Shown here: positions 1 through 10,593 of the stretch, piece by piece | Layout of the letters: each line of letters starts with the position of its first letter | Position numbering within the stretch: position 1 is the stretch's first letter | DNA from: Veillonella parvula | GTDB lineage: Bacteria; Bacillota; Negativicutes; Veillonellales; Veillonellaceae | Direction: 5' to 3' | Assembly (NCBI RefSeq): GCF_018366295.1 | Contig: NZ_JAGZIJ010000001.1 | Location: 484,462 to 548,461 of the forward strand | DNA length: 64,000 nt | Notes under the pieces: generated by a model | The model's database searches: none | What the model saw: the letters and a program-made list of their open reading frames with translations, nothing else | What the model was told of the DNA's origin: nothing | Translations under genes and position numbers: made by a program

Positions 1-175
1 TTTTTTCTTTAATAATCGTAAAGTCGATGACCATCCCATTATGATCTAACTCTTCAGAACGTGCATGAACTGTAATAATCCAATTATGCCCATGAAGATT
101 TTGACATTTACTCGGATAATCTAGTTTTAATTGATGAGATGCACTCACCTCTAACCGTTTAGTAACTGTAAACAT
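1..175 (-). CDS. queD: 6-carboxy-5,6,7,8-tetrahydropterin synthase QueD, N-terminal part only; the gene runs off the left edge
   Basis: Minus-strand translation from the ATG at 175 gives MFTVTKRLEVSASHQLKLDYPSKCQNLHGHNWIITVHARSEELDHNGMVIDF, which contains the QueD/PTPS CxxxHGH motif. An AGGAG sits 6 nt upstream of the start. Confidence 0.6.
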   Translation of the reverse strand, partial: MFTVTKRLEVSASHQLKLDYPSKCQNLHGHNWIITVHARSEELDHNGMVIDFTIIKEK

Positions 176-187
176 TATATCTCCTAT

Positions 188-262
188 CTATTACATAAGC
201 TTTCAACTTATATCTATTACATAAAACTTATCGCTATTACATGAAACGCTTGTCTATTACGT
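188..262 (-). repeat. Four direct repeats of CTATTACRT (ATGTAATAG on the queD strand), spaced 26, 20 and 20 bp, immediately upstream of queD
   Basis: Copies at 188, 214, 234 and 254, seen directly in the sequence. Helical phasing suggests regulator binding sites. Confidence 0.5.
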
Positions 263-315
263 AAGTCTTATCATAAATTACTTTTTATTGTAAGATATTA
301 CCATTTTTTATTATA

Positions 316-366
316 ACACAAAAGGGTTGTAATACAGTGCTATACACCACTGCATTACAACCCTTA
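316..366 (-). terminator. Intrinsic terminator downstream of rpoD
   Basis: Inverted repeat AAGGGTTGTAAT...ATTACAACCCTT followed on the minus strand by a T-rich tract. Confidence 0.6.
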
Positions 367-380
367 AGAGATTCAAAATC

Positions 381-1562
381 TTATAAGAAGTCTTTGATTT
401 TATCACGTTTACCGCGGTTGCGCAATTTAGTAAGCGCTTTACCTTCAATCTGACGAATACGTTCTCTTGTTACATTGAAATGTTGACCAACTTCTTCCAA
501 TGTGCGAGGCTTACCATCCTTCAACCCAAAACGTAAAATCAATACTTGTTGCTCACGATCAGTCAAGCATGTAAATACATCTTCAATTTGCTCTTGCAAT
601 AAAATATAACTAGCTGCATCGTCTGGAGCAATTGCATCTTGGTCCTCGATGAAGTCCCCTAAATGGGAATCTTCCTCTTCACCAATCGGAGTTTCCAAGG
701 ATACTGGCTCTTGGGCGATTTTCTGAATTTCACGTACCCGCTCTACAGTAATTCCCATACCTTCAGCAATTTCTTCTGGCAATGGCTCACGACCCTTGTC
801 TTGCAACAATTGTCTAGAAATACGAATCAATTTATTAATTGTTTCTACCATATGTACAGGAATACGAATCGTACGAGCTTGGTCTGCAATAGCACGTGTA
901 ATCGCTTGACGAATCCACCATGTAGCATACGTTGAAAATTTATAACCTTTAGTATAATCGAATTTATCTACCGCTTTAATCAGACCTAGGTTACCTTCTT
1001 GGATTAGATCCAAGAACAACATACCGCGACCTACATAACGTTTCGCGATACTTACAACTAATCGCAAGTTAGCATCTACCAATTTTTTCTTAGCCTTTTT
1101 GCTAAGTTGAATATCTTTATATGTAGCATCCTCTTGTGCACCAGCTTCGATTTGCTTAGCTAATACGATTTCTTCGTCAGCTGAAAGCAATGGTACGCGA
1201 CCAATCTCTTTTAGGTACATTCGTACAGGGTCATCAATATTAACACCAGAATCAACACTTAAATCGATAGAAATTTTCTTCTCGCTAGAAACTTCGTCTT
1301 CATCTTCATCCGTTTCAATTGTATGACTATCTGTATCATCAGCATCAATATCTGCCACAATCTCAACATTCAATTTACCCAAAGTCGTATAAATATCATC
1401 TAATTGTTCCGCAGTAATTTCCGTCTGCTCATGAAGAGCATCTGAAATCTCGGATTGTGTCAACACACCGCTCTTACGGCCTTTTTCAAGAAGTTGCTCA
1501 ACAATCTCCTCTATTTGACTTTTTTGTACTTTCTTAGCCACAGCGCTCTCCTTTTTAACCAT
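381..1562 (-). CDS. rpoD: RNA polymerase primary sigma factor (sigma-70 / SigA)
   Basis: 393 aa with sigma-70 regions 1.2-4 ([54 protein letters not shown]). Located downstream of dnaG, the classic dnaG-rpoD operon. Confidence 0.95.
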   Translation of the reverse strand: MVKKESAVAKKVQKSQIEEIVEQLLEKGRKSGVLTQSEISDALHEQTEITAEQLDDIYTTLGKLNVEIVADIDADDTDSHTIETDEDEDEVSSEKKISIDLSVDSGVNIDDPVRMYLKEIGRVPLLSADEEIVLAKQIEAGAQEDATYKDIQLSKKAKKKLVDANLRLVVSIAKRYVGRGMLFLDLIQEGNLGLIKAVDKFDYTKGYKFSTYATWWIRQAITRAIADQARTIRIPVHMVETINKLIRISRQLLQDKGREPLPEEIAEGMGITVERVREIQKIAQEPVSLETPIGEEEDSHLGDFIEDQDAIAPDDAASYILLQEQIEDVFTCLTDREQQVLILRFGLKDGKPRTLEEVGQHFNVTRERIRQIEGKALTKLRNRGKRDKIKDFL

Positions 1563-1569
1563 TAATGAT

Positions 1570-3363
1570 TTACTTAGACCATTCTCTAATTAAATTCTGT
1601 ATTTCCTGACACTTATGTAATTCGCTAATAAACGTCGAATCTCCTGCTCGTTTTAATTGATCCGCCATAATTGAATGCGCTTTATACTGTTCACGCAATG
1701 AATGGAGCCTTATCTTGCGGATTAATGCAGGCACTTGTACCTTGTATTCATCGTCACTCATGACGACCAACCTAGAGTAAATATCGTATTCTTGAGAAGA
1801 TAAAACAGATTGAATTGCAGTTTCATCTAGACGACCTTCGGACTTATACAAGGTGAATAGCTTTTCTATTATACCTCGATATTCAATTTTTTCAAAGTCC
1901 TCTAATGGCAAATAGCTCATCATATGTTGTAATACTTCGCCATCTGTGAAAGCTAAGGACAATAATTTTTCCGCATCCCCCTTTGGTAAATCCTGTTTTG
2001 GCAAAGGTGTTGATGCAGTATCCACTAATTCAATTTGTCCTTTTTTCACATAATCTCTAAAGTATCTAAAAATAGTACTATTATCAAGCCATAATGGCAA
2101 TGCCAATGTTTTTAAAGCATCATCTCTCTGTGTTTGACTATCTATATTTGCAATATATGGGAAAACATCTGTCATAACAGCCTGCTTCCCTTCTGTATCA
2201 TTTGTATCGTGTTTAATCAAAGACTCACTTAATAGATAATCAAGAGGTTTAACAGCTTTAGCAACTAACTCCTTAAATGCCTGTCCCCCATGATTACGCA
2301 CATAATCATCTGGATCTTTACCGTCTGGCATGGCAAGGACACGCACCTTAAAATCCGTATTTTGCAATAATTCAATAGCCCTAGCAGCCGCTTGACGACC
2401 AGCACCATCCATATCATAAGCTAACACGATTTCTTCAGCTTGCCTCATCAAGATATGCCCATGATCTCTTGTATAAGCAGTCCCCAATGATGCGACTACA
2501 TTAGTAACACCATGATTATGAGCGGATATAACATCCATATAGCCTTCTACAAGAATAGCTTGTTTTTCCTCACGAATAGATTTATAAGCCTTATCAAAGG
2601 CAAATAAGAGTTTACCTTTTTCAAAGATTGATGACTCTGGAGAGTTTAAATATTTTGGTGTACTATCATCCATAACGCGTCCACCAAAAGCAACTACTCG
2701 CCCTTTACCATCCATAATGGGGAACATAATTCTATTTCTGAAGAAATCATAAAATTGACCCTTTTGGTTCTTTCGGACAAGATTCAACTCTAAAAGAATG
2801 GAATCTTCAATGCCACGCTCATGAAAGGCACGATATAACTTATCCCAACCATCAGGAGCAAAACCAAGCTTAAATGTTTCTATGGTCTCTTGTGTGAGTC
2901 CTCGCTTTTTCAAATAATCTAATCCCACTTTACCAATAGACGTTTGAGTGAGACAATTATGGAAAAAGGTAGCCGCTAAATCAGAAGCTTCATACAGTTT
3001 TTTGCGTCTTTCATCTCTAGCTCTTTGTTCAGGTGAAAGTTTCGCCTCTGGCAATGGAATATTAGCTCGATTAGCTAGCCGCTCTAGGGCTTCTACAAAG
3101 GTTAAATGCTCTAATTCCATAAGAAATTTAATAGCATTTCCTGATGCATGGCACCCAAAGCAATAATAAAAACCCTTTTCAGGGGCTACACTAAAGGATG
3201 GCGTTTTTTCATTATGAAATGGACAACAACCCCAATAGTTCTTGCCGCGTTTCTTTAAGGCTACATGCTCGGATACAACTGACACGATATCATTAGCATC
3301 TTTGATTTGTTCAATCAACTCATTTTCAAAATATCGGCTCATAGCCAACGCCTCCTTCCCCAT
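1570..3363 (-). CDS. dnaG: DNA primase
   Basis: 597 aa with a CHC2 zinc finger ([14 protein letters not shown]) and a TOPRIM domain; adjacent to rpoD. Confidence 0.95.
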   Translation of the reverse strand: MGKEALAMSRYFENELIEQIKDANDIVSVVSEHVALKKRGKNYWGCCPFHNEKTPSFSVAPEKGFYYCFGCHASGNAIKFLMELEHLTFVEALERLANRANIPLPEAKLSPEQRARDERRKKLYEASDLAATFFHNCLTQTSIGKVGLDYLKKRGLTQETIETFKLGFAPDGWDKLYRAFHERGIEDSILLELNLVRKNQKGQFYDFFRNRIMFPIMDGKGRVVAFGGRVMDDSTPKYLNSPESSIFEKGKLLFAFDKAYKSIREEKQAILVEGYMDVISAHNHGVTNVVASLGTAYTRDHGHILMRQAEEIVLAYDMDGAGRQAAARAIELLQNTDFKVRVLAMPDGKDPDDYVRNHGGQAFKELVAKAVKPLDYLLSESLIKHDTNDTEGKQAVMTDVFPYIANIDSQTQRDDALKTLALPLWLDNSTIFRYFRDYVKKGQIELVDTASTPLPKQDLPKGDAEKLLSLAFTDGEVLQHMMSYLPLEDFEKIEYRGIIEKLFTLYKSEGRLDETAIQSVLSSQEYDIYSRLVVMSDDEYKVQVPALIRKIRLHSLREQYKAHSIMADQLKRAGDSTFISELHKCQEIQNLIREWSK

Positions 3364-3597
3364 ATATATATTAATTCTATATACAAATAAAAAATCCTCT
3401 ATTTGTAAAGCATTTCAATCAATTAAATTATTAAAAAAGTATAAATAACTTGATACGAATCATAGGAATCATCATCTACAACGCAATGTACATGATGATT
3501 CCTATACGCCGTATATAGCAATATATAATTACCGAAACTTTGATAACAATAGGCTGCAATGAAAACATTGCAGCCTATACTTATCGCTTATAGCATA

Positions 3598-5226
3598 TTA
3601 TTTTGCGTAATCCACAACGCGAGTTTCACGAATAATTACGACCTTAATTTGGCCTGGATATTCAAGTTCTGACTCGATGCGTTTTACGATATTCCGAACA
3701 AGTAATGTAGACTCAGCTTCATCAATCTTATCCGGTTTTACTACAACGCGAATCTCACGACCGGCTTGAATAGCAAAACATTTTTCAACGCCTTCGAAGG
3801 ATTCAGCGATTTCTTCCAATTTAGATAAACGTTTTAAGTAGTTTTCTAATGTTTCTCGACGTGCTCCTGGACGGGCAGCGGAGATAGCATCAGCGGCAGC
3901 TACTAATACAGCTTCTACAGTTTGGAACTCTTCATCACCATGATGAGCACCAATACAGTTAATTACTGCTGCACTTTCACGATATTTACGAGCCACATCA
4001 ACACCGATTTGAACATGAGAACCTTCAAGTTCACGGTCTAATGCTTTACCAATATCATGAATCAAACCACCTCGTTTAGCCAAAGTTACATCACAGCCTA
4101 GTTCAGCTGCCATTAAACCTGCTAAATGAGATACTTCAATGGAATGTTTCAATACGTTTTGACCATAACTAGTACGATATTTCAAACGGCCCAAAATCTT
4201 AACAATTTCAGGATGTAAGCCATGAACATCAGCTTCAAATGTCGCTTGTTCACCAGCCTCTTTAATAGTTTGGTCCACCTCTTTACGAGCTTTACCAACC
4301 ATTTCTTCAATACGAGCTGGATGGATACGACCATCTACAATCAATTTTTCCAGCGCAATACGAGCCACTTCACGACGAATTGGATCGAAGCCGGAAAGAA
4401 TAACTGCTTCTGGTGTGTCATCGATAATCAAATCAATACCTGTTAATGTTTCGAGTGCACGAATGTTACGGCCTTCACGACCGATAATGCGCCCCTTCAT
4501 TTCATCATTAGGCAATGCCACTACGGATACGGTAGTTTCCGCTACATGGTCAGCTGCACAACGTTGGATAGCAGAGGAGATAATTTCTTTCGCTTTTTTC
4601 TCCGCTTCATCCTTAGCTTGCTGCTCCATTTCCTTAACCATAATCGCCGTTTCATGACGGATTTCTTGTTCCACATTCGTTAATAAGATATTTTTTGCTT
4701 CTTCGAACGTCATGCCAGAAATACGTTCTAATTCTGCCATTTGTTTTTCATACAAAGCTTCTACCTTTTCACGGCTTTGGGCTAAGTCAGCTTCTTTGCG
4801 ATGTAAAGCTTCCTCTTTGTGCTCAATATTGTCTAATTTTTTATCCAAAGATTCTTCTTTTTGAAGAATACGACGTTCCATACGTTGAAGTTCAGAACGA
4901 CGATCTTTATTTTCTCGTTCTACATCAGAACGGAGCTTATGAATTTCTTCTTTCGCTTCTAATAAAGCTTCTTTCTTTTTAGACTCAGCTGTGCGTTCAC
5001 CATTTGCAATGATGCGAGCAGCCTCTTGTTCAGCTTGATTCAGTTTTCCTTCAGCAATATTTTTTCTTAAAAAATAGCCTACCCCTAGTCCAATCAGTAC
5101 CATTACCACTGCAATTAGACTATACTCTAAAATTTCTTTCACCTCCTTTTTATTTCTCAAAATTGAGCTTTCATGCTCCTTTTTATGCCCTTTATGCATT
5201 AAATTATCAATTAGCCATATCATCAT
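3598..5226 (-). CDS. rny: Ribonuclease Y (membrane-anchored KH/HD endoribonuclease). The true start is probably near 5133, following a strong AAGGAGGTG at 5140-5148
   Basis: N-terminal TM segment, a coiled-coil, a KH domain ([13 protein letters not shown]) and an HD domain ([10 protein letters not shown]...HDIGK). Gene order recA-recX-rny. Confidence 0.9.
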   Translation of the reverse strand: MMIWLIDNLMHKGHKKEHESSILRNKKEVKEILEYSLIAVVMVLIGLGVGYFLRKNIAEGKLNQAEQEAARIIANGERTAESKKKEALLEAKEEIHKLRSDVERENKDRRSELQRMERRILQKEESLDKKLDNIEHKEEALHRKEADLAQSREKVEALYEKQMAELERISGMTFEEAKNILLTNVEQEIRHETAIMVKEMEQQAKDEAEKKAKEIISSAIQRCAADHVAETTVSVVALPNDEMKGRIIGREGRNIRALETLTGIDLIIDDTPEAVILSGFDPIRREVARIALEKLIVDGRIHPARIEEMVGKARKEVDQTIKEAGEQATFEADVHGLHPEIVKILGRLKYRTSYGQNVLKHSIEVSHLAGLMAAELGCDVTLAKRGGLIHDIGKALDRELEGSHVQIGVDVARKYRESAAVINCIGAHHGDEEFQTVEAVLVAAADAISAARPGARRETLENYLKRLSKLEEIAESFEGVEKCFAIQAGREIRVVVKPDKIDEAESTLLVRNIVKRIESELEYPGQIKVVIIRETRVVDYAK

Positions 5227-5249
5227 ATAAATAAATAAGGCTATTATTA

Positions 5250-5278
5250 ATTTTAGACTTCAAAGCCCTTTCTGTCAA
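5250..5278 (-). promoter_or_regulatory. Candidate sigma-A promoter for rny (TTGACA, 17 bp spacer, TAAAAT)
   Basis: Minus-strand TTGACAgaaagggctttgaagtcTAAAAT lies directly upstream of rny. Confidence 0.45.
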
Positions 5279-5317
5279 GATTTTACAAGCCTACCAAGGC
5301 CTCTCAAAAAGCAGAAT

Positions 5318-5761
5318 TTATTCATAAAAATCATTGCATACAACTTGAATTGTGCTTGTTGAGAACCCCCTGTATTTGAGAAAACTAAAAACTTTTACCC
5401 GAGGAGTCTTCTCTTCATTGAGAATAGATCCAAATTTTTTTTCTACCACCCGATAAGCAGCTTTTACCTCATCATAAGCAGAAATATCTTGAGGAATCGC
5501 AAGTCCTCGAAGTTTCATTTTTTGCTTAATCATATAAGCACCGTATTTCTGTTCTTTCATAAAATACGCTAATACTTGCTCAGATAAACGTTCATCATTA
5601 ATGTAATCATAATCTTTAAGGCGCTCAAGGACCCTCTCAATGATAGGGTCCTCGAATTGTTTACGTCTCATTTTTTGCGTCAGCTCATAAGAACTAAGGA
5701 AGCGCTGAGCTAGGAAGCGATACGCTTGATCCATAGCAGCTTGCATCGTTTCGTCACTCAT
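5318..5761 (-). CDS. recX: RecA regulator RecX
   Basis: 147 aa, immediately downstream of recA, with the RecX three-repeat helical architecture (FLAQRFLSSYEL). Confidence 0.8.
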   Translation of the reverse strand: MSDETMQAAMDQAYRFLAQRFLSSYELTQKMRRKQFEDPIIERVLERLKDYDYINDERLSEQVLAYFMKEQKYGAYMIKQKMKLRGLAIPQDISAYDEVKAAYRVVEKKFGSILNEEKTPRVKVFSFLKYRGFSTSTIQVVCNDFYE

Positions 5762-5763
5762 GA

Positions 5764-6804
5764 TTATACTTCTTCAGTTACTTCTTCACCAATTACATCG
5801 ATTTCTTCAGTGCCAACAGCCAATGTATCACGAATAATGCGATCGATTTCATCAGCTATTTGTGGATTCTCTAACAAGTATTGTTTAGCCGCTTCCTTAC
5901 CTTGCCCCATACGTTCCCCATTATAGGAGTACCAAGCACCAGATTTATTAATAATTTCCATATTTGTACCAATATCAATAAGTGTGCCAGTTTTAGAGAT
6001 ACCTTCGCCATACATCAAATCAAATTCAGCTGTCTTAAATGGAGGTGCCACCTTATTTTTGACAACTTTGACTTTTGTTCGAGCGCCAACATTTTCGTTG
6101 TTTGCTTTAATTAATTCCCCTTTACGAACATCAAGTCGTACGGAAGAATAGAATTTCAACGCACGACCACCAGTCGTTGTTTCAGGATTACCGAACATAA
6201 CACCTACTTTTTCACGCAATTGGTTGATGAAGATAACAACTGTTTTGGATTTACTGATGATACCAGTCAATTTGCGCAAAGCTTTACTCATCAAACGAGC
6301 TTGTAAGCCTACGTGAGCATCGCCCATTTCGCCATCGATTTCCGCTTTAGGCACCAAAGCCGCTACGGAGTCAACTACAACGATATCTACTGCACCACTG
6401 CGAACAAGAGCTTCTGTAATTTCTAGAGCTTGTTCTCCATTATCTGGTTGAGAAATCAACAAATTATTGATGTCTACCCCCAAGTTGCGAGCATATACAG
6501 GATCCATCGCATGCTCCGCATCAATAAATGCCGCAATACCACCTTGTTTTTGAGCTTCTGCTACAGCGTGAAGAGCGACTGTTGTTTTACCAGAAGATTC
6601 TGGACCGTAGATTTCAATTACACGACCACGAGGGAAGCCACCTACACCAACAGCAATATCGATAGCAAGAGAACCAGAGGAAATCACCTCTACATTCATG
6701 CGATCTGCCGCTTCACCAAGACGCATAATAGCACCTTTACCAAAATCTTTTTCAATTTGTTTTAACGCGTTATCCAACGCTGCTTGTCTGCCATCTACAG
6801 CCAT
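5764..6804 (-). CDS. recA: Recombinase RecA
   Basis: 346 aa with Walker A (GPESSGKTT), [12 protein letters not shown] and other RecA hallmarks. Confidence 0.97.
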   Translation of the reverse strand: MAVDGRQAALDNALKQIEKDFGKGAIMRLGEAADRMNVEVISSGSLAIDIAVGVGGFPRGRVIEIYGPESSGKTTVALHAVAEAQKQGGIAAFIDAEHAMDPVYARNLGVDINNLLISQPDNGEQALEITEALVRSGAVDIVVVDSVAALVPKAEIDGEMGDAHVGLQARLMSKALRKLTGIISKSKTVVIFINQLREKVGVMFGNPETTTGGRALKFYSSVRLDVRKGELIKANNENVGARTKVKVVKNKVAPPFKTAEFDLMYGEGISKTGTLIDIGTNMEIINKSGAWYSYNGERMGQGKEAAKQYLLENPQIADEIDRIIRDTLAVGTEEIDVIGEEVTEEV

Positions 6805-6808
6805 TATT

Positions 6809-8056
6809 TTATTTCCCCTTTTCTGTTATATAAGTATAAACATAGTATAGTGCTAGCTCTGCCGCACTTTGTCTAATATCTTCTCGATTGCCAATTAAAT
6901 TAGCTTTATGGGCCACTGTGCCATATGGACCAGTAACACCAAACCATACAAGACCAACAGGCTTTTCTCGAGTACCACCTCCAGGACCAGCTATGCCTGT
7001 CGTAGAAACAGCATATGTTGTTTGGCCAACAGTTCGTGCCCCCTCTGCCATAGCCTTAGCCACTTGTTCACTAACAGCGCCATACGCATCTAACATATCT
7101 TGTGGTACACCTAAAACACGATGTTTCACATCATTACTATACGAAATGACACCACCCATATAGTACTCACTACTGCCACTGACATTAGTCAGTAATTTAC
7201 CAACCAATCCTGATGTACATGATTCAGCAGTACTAATAGTACTATGTTCCTCTAACAAGGTTCGACCTAATGTTTCCTCCATAGAAATTGTTAAGTTGCG
7301 CCCTATGCGAGAGCCTAAGCGTTCTCGTATGATTGCATCCCAAGGATTAAGCAGGTCTTGTGCCGCTTCTAATGTTTCAGCCTTAGCAGTGATACGAACC
7401 TCAATGTAGCCTTTTTTAATGAGCAAAGCTATGGTCGGATTAGATTGCTTCTTAATTAGATCCATCAAGGTGCTTTCTAAATCAATTTCACGAATATCAT
7501 ATACGCCATAACGATAGGATGTAACAACACCTTGAGAACCAAATCGGCCATTTAAATAAGGAACTACGCTCTCTTGGAACATGTCCTTCATTTCTCCAGG
7601 AGGTCCAGGTAAAAGTATGTACGTAGTGTCGCCATCTTCAACGACGACACCTGGAGCAACTCCAACAGGGTTATATAATACTTTCGCCCCTTCTGGTAAT
7701 TGTGCTTCTCGCCGACTCGCATCGGGTATAGTACGGTTTACACTTTTAAAAAACCTTTCAAGCTCATTCATGGCCTCTTGATTAAACACAATAGGTCTGC
7801 CAATTGAATCGGCAAGTACATTACGTGTAATGTCGCCCTGCGTAGGTCCTAGCCCACCAGTACTAATAACGATATCAGCCCTTGTACTAGCGAGCTGAAA
7901 AACTTCAGCCATCCGTTTCGGATTATCACCTACCACCGATTGATGGGCAATGGTATATCCTAATTTATTTAACTCTTGTGCTAGCCATGATACATTCGTA
8001 TTTACTGTATCACCTAGCAATAATTCTGAACCTGTAGAAATAAGTTCTACAATCAT
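6809..8056 (-). CDS. cinA: Competence/damage-inducible protein CinA (MoCF-binding domain plus PncC-like NMN deamidase domain)
   Basis: 415 aa sitting immediately upstream of recA, which is conserved synteny. N-terminus [21 protein letters not shown] is CinA-like. Confidence 0.85.
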   Translation of the reverse strand: MIVELISTGSELLLGDTVNTNVSWLAQELNKLGYTIAHQSVVGDNPKRMAEVFQLASTRADIVISTGGLGPTQGDITRNVLADSIGRPIVFNQEAMNELERFFKSVNRTIPDASRREAQLPEGAKVLYNPVGVAPGVVVEDGDTTYILLPGPPGEMKDMFQESVVPYLNGRFGSQGVVTSYRYGVYDIREIDLESTLMDLIKKQSNPTIALLIKKGYIEVRITAKAETLEAAQDLLNPWDAIIRERLGSRIGRNLTISMEETLGRTLLEEHSTISTAESCTSGLVGKLLTNVSGSSEYYMGGVISYSNDVKHRVLGVPQDMLDAYGAVSEQVAKAMAEGARTVGQTTYAVSTTGIAGPGGGTREKPVGLVWFGVTGPYGTVAHKANLIGNREDIRQSAAELALYYVYTYITEKGK

Positions 8057-8093
8057 CAGATCACCTCCACAATCGAATGTATCGAACTGTGTA

Positions 8094-9458
8094 TTATTCT
8101 ACAACCGTAGCTACTACATCATAAGCAAAGCCTTGCTCTACTTGTACCTTAAGAATATCACCAGGTTGAATGTCTTCACCACAGTCTTCAATGTACATAT
8201 TACCATCTACATCAGGTGCTTGAGATTTCAATCGACCTTTTGCAAGCAAGGTGTTATTCTCGCCTTCTTCGATTTCCTCTACCATCGCATAATCAATGGT
8301 ACCTTCTAAATTGCGATTATTCTCTTCAGAGATAGCAGCTTGGATGGACATAAGAACGTGATAACGCTCTTCTTTGACCTCTTCTGGTATTTGGTCTTCA
8401 CGAGCACCAGCTGGTGTACCATCTTCTTGAGAATACGTAAATACGCCCATATTATCGAATTTGATTTCTTTTACAAAGTCACAAAGTTCCTCAAATTGTT
8501 CATCTGTTTCACCAGGAAATCCAACGATGATAGAGGTGCGCAATGTAATATGAGTCGGTGCATTTCTAATCTTCTTAAGCAAGCGCTCAATATCATTGCG
8601 ATCGTCTCGGCGATTCATTTGTTTCAAAATATCGTTATTAACATGTTGCAATGGAATATCTACATATTTACAAAGCTTTGGCTCATTAACAATAATATCT
8701 AACAATTCATCAGAGAAAAATGTCGGATATAGGTATAGCATGCGAATCCATTCTATGCCTTCTACAGTTGTTAATTCTTTTAACAATGTCGTCAATAATG
8801 GTTTACCAGCATTAAGGTCGATACCATAGCTCGTTGTATCTTGAGCGATAAGGACAACTTCCTTAACCCCGGTCGCAGCCAATCGTTCCACTTCAGCCTT
8901 AATAGACTCGATAGTACGACTGCGGAATGCACCGCGTACCTTAGGAATAATACAGAATGTACACCCGTTATTACAGCCTTCTGCAATTTTTACATATGCA
9001 CTATAACGAGGTGTTGTTTGAATACGAGGCATGCGCTCATCATAGATATTCGTAATATTTTCCATGATACAACTGCGATTGCCGTGCTCAATAGCATCAA
9101 CGGCTACCATAACTTGATCCCATGCACCGGTACCGATTAATGCATCAATTTCAGGAATTTCTTGGAATAATTCATCCTGATATTGTTGGCTAAGACAACC
9201 TGCTACGATAAGGCCCTTACAAGTACCATCCTCTTTATATTGGGCAACCTCAAGGATAGTATTTATAGACTCAGCCTTAGCTTTTTCAATAAAAGTACAG
9301 GTATTTACAACGATAAGATCTGCTTCGCTTAAGTCTTCTGTAATCGAATAGCCATTATCTCTCAATAAGCCTAACATTACCTCTGTATCTACTAAATTTT
9401 TAGCACAACCTAGGCTAACATATCCTAATTTTTTCCCCATTCTATATCCTTTCGTCAC
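8094..9458 (-). CDS. rimO: Ribosomal protein S12 methylthiotransferase RimO (MTTase N-terminal domain, radical SAM core, TRAM)
   Basis: 454 aa with LGYVSLGCAKNLVDTE, CNNGCTFCIIP, YVDIPLQH, IPEEVKEERY and a C-terminal TRAM domain (PGDILKVQVEQGFAYDV) that closely parallel E. coli RimO. Confidence 0.8.
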   Translation of the reverse strand: MTKGYRMGKKLGYVSLGCAKNLVDTEVMLGLLRDNGYSITEDLSEADLIVVNTCTFIEKAKAESINTILEVAQYKEDGTCKGLIVAGCLSQQYQDELFQEIPEIDALIGTGAWDQVMVAVDAIEHGNRSCIMENITNIYDERMPRIQTTPRYSAYVKIAEGCNNGCTFCIIPKVRGAFRSRTIESIKAEVERLAATGVKEVVLIAQDTTSYGIDLNAGKPLLTTLLKELTTVEGIEWIRMLYLYPTFFSDELLDIIVNEPKLCKYVDIPLQHVNNDILKQMNRRDDRNDIERLLKKIRNAPTHITLRTSIIVGFPGETDEQFEELCDFVKEIKFDNMGVFTYSQEDGTPAGAREDQIPEEVKEERYHVLMSIQAAISEENNRNLEGTIDYAMVEEIEEGENNTLLAKGRLKSQAPDVDGNMYIEDCGEDIQPGDILKVQVEQGFAYDVVATVVE

Positions 9459-9499
9459 TAGATTCTTATTTATTTATTTCTTGGATTTATACAACTGAC

Positions 9500-10537
9500 T
9501 TAGTCCTTACGGAATCGTACTTGACTAACCCAATGATTTAATAGTAACTTTTTACCTTCTAGAGTATAGCCACCATTCACAGGCCATAATACTAAATCAT
9601 GCCCCATAGAATCTTTTGGCTCATCCATCTCAGGATTAGTAAATATATAAGTAAAATTCTTTTCTACCATATATTTTGCCGTTTTAGAAGATAGTAACCA
9701 ATTAATAAACTCTACACTATCTGCTTTATGTTTTGAATTTTTTAAAACGGCAGCACCAGTCACATAATAAGACGTACCATCTTTAGGATAAATGATCTTA
9801 ATTGGATACCCATGATGACTATATTGCGCCGCATCAGACAAGTTACCAATACCAATATTTGTCTCCCCTAGCGCAGTTAGGCGTATTGGAGTAGACAAAA
9901 ATTTAGCATGTTGAACCACATGGGGCTTCAAACTATATAAGTATTCAAGAGCCTCTGGTTCCCCTTTATACTCTACCATATTATATAGCAAATTGGCCGC
10001 ATTCTGAGATGCTACAAAATCGGTCATAACGATAGACCAATCACCTTGTTTTCCCAATGTATCCCATGTAGTAATATATTTACCAATGCCATTATGGAAG
10101 GTATCATTCTGAACAAATACGATGGGATCATACCAAATACCAACCCAATAGCCATTTGGATCCTTTAGATTATCACGTACCTCGTCAATACGTTCATTGA
10201 CGATGGGCATATATTTACCTGCATTGGCACCAATTACGAGATTATCTTCAGAAGTTAGCACCAAATCACCAGAAGTATCAGCCACTGTAGAAGCCGACCG
10301 TTGTGACATTTGTTCCTCTGTAAGAGGCATTACAGTGACTTTTACCTTTTGTTCCTCTTCATAACGCTCAGCAAGCATAGCTGTCAAAGTATTAGGTAAG
10401 TCCGTATAGACTATAATTTCACCACGAATAGGCTCTTTGGCCTGTTCTATTTGTTCTTGTTGGTAAAAGTTTATGCCATAGATCAACATTCCTACCACAA
10501 ATAATGCTAAGATGCTCGGAGCAATCCATCGTTTCAT
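9500..10537 (-). CDS. Extracellular solute-binding protein (SBP family 1-like, N-terminal TM anchor). No cognate ABC permease or ATPase is nearby
   Basis: 345 aa with an N-terminal hydrophobic anchor followed by a periplasmic-binding-protein-like sequence. The call comes from overall composition only. Confidence 0.4.
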   Translation of the reverse strand: MKRWIAPSILALFVVGMLIYGINFYQQEQIEQAKEPIRGEIIVYTDLPNTLTAMLAERYEEEQKVKVTVMPLTEEQMSQRSASTVADTSGDLVLTSEDNLVIGANAGKYMPIVNERIDEVRDNLKDPNGYWVGIWYDPIVFVQNDTFHNGIGKYITTWDTLGKQGDWSIVMTDFVASQNAANLLYNMVEYKGEPEALEYLYSLKPHVVQHAKFLSTPIRLTALGETNIGIGNLSDAAQYSHHGYPIKIIYPKDGTSYYVTGAAVLKNSKHKADSVEFINWLLSSKTAKYMVEKNFTYIFTNPEMDEPKDSMGHDLVLWPVNGGYTLEGKKLLLNHWVSQVRFRKD

Positions 10538-10593
10538 ATATGCCTCCCATAAGACATAAAGTATCTTAAAATGAGAGTAGCTAGAGCTACTCC

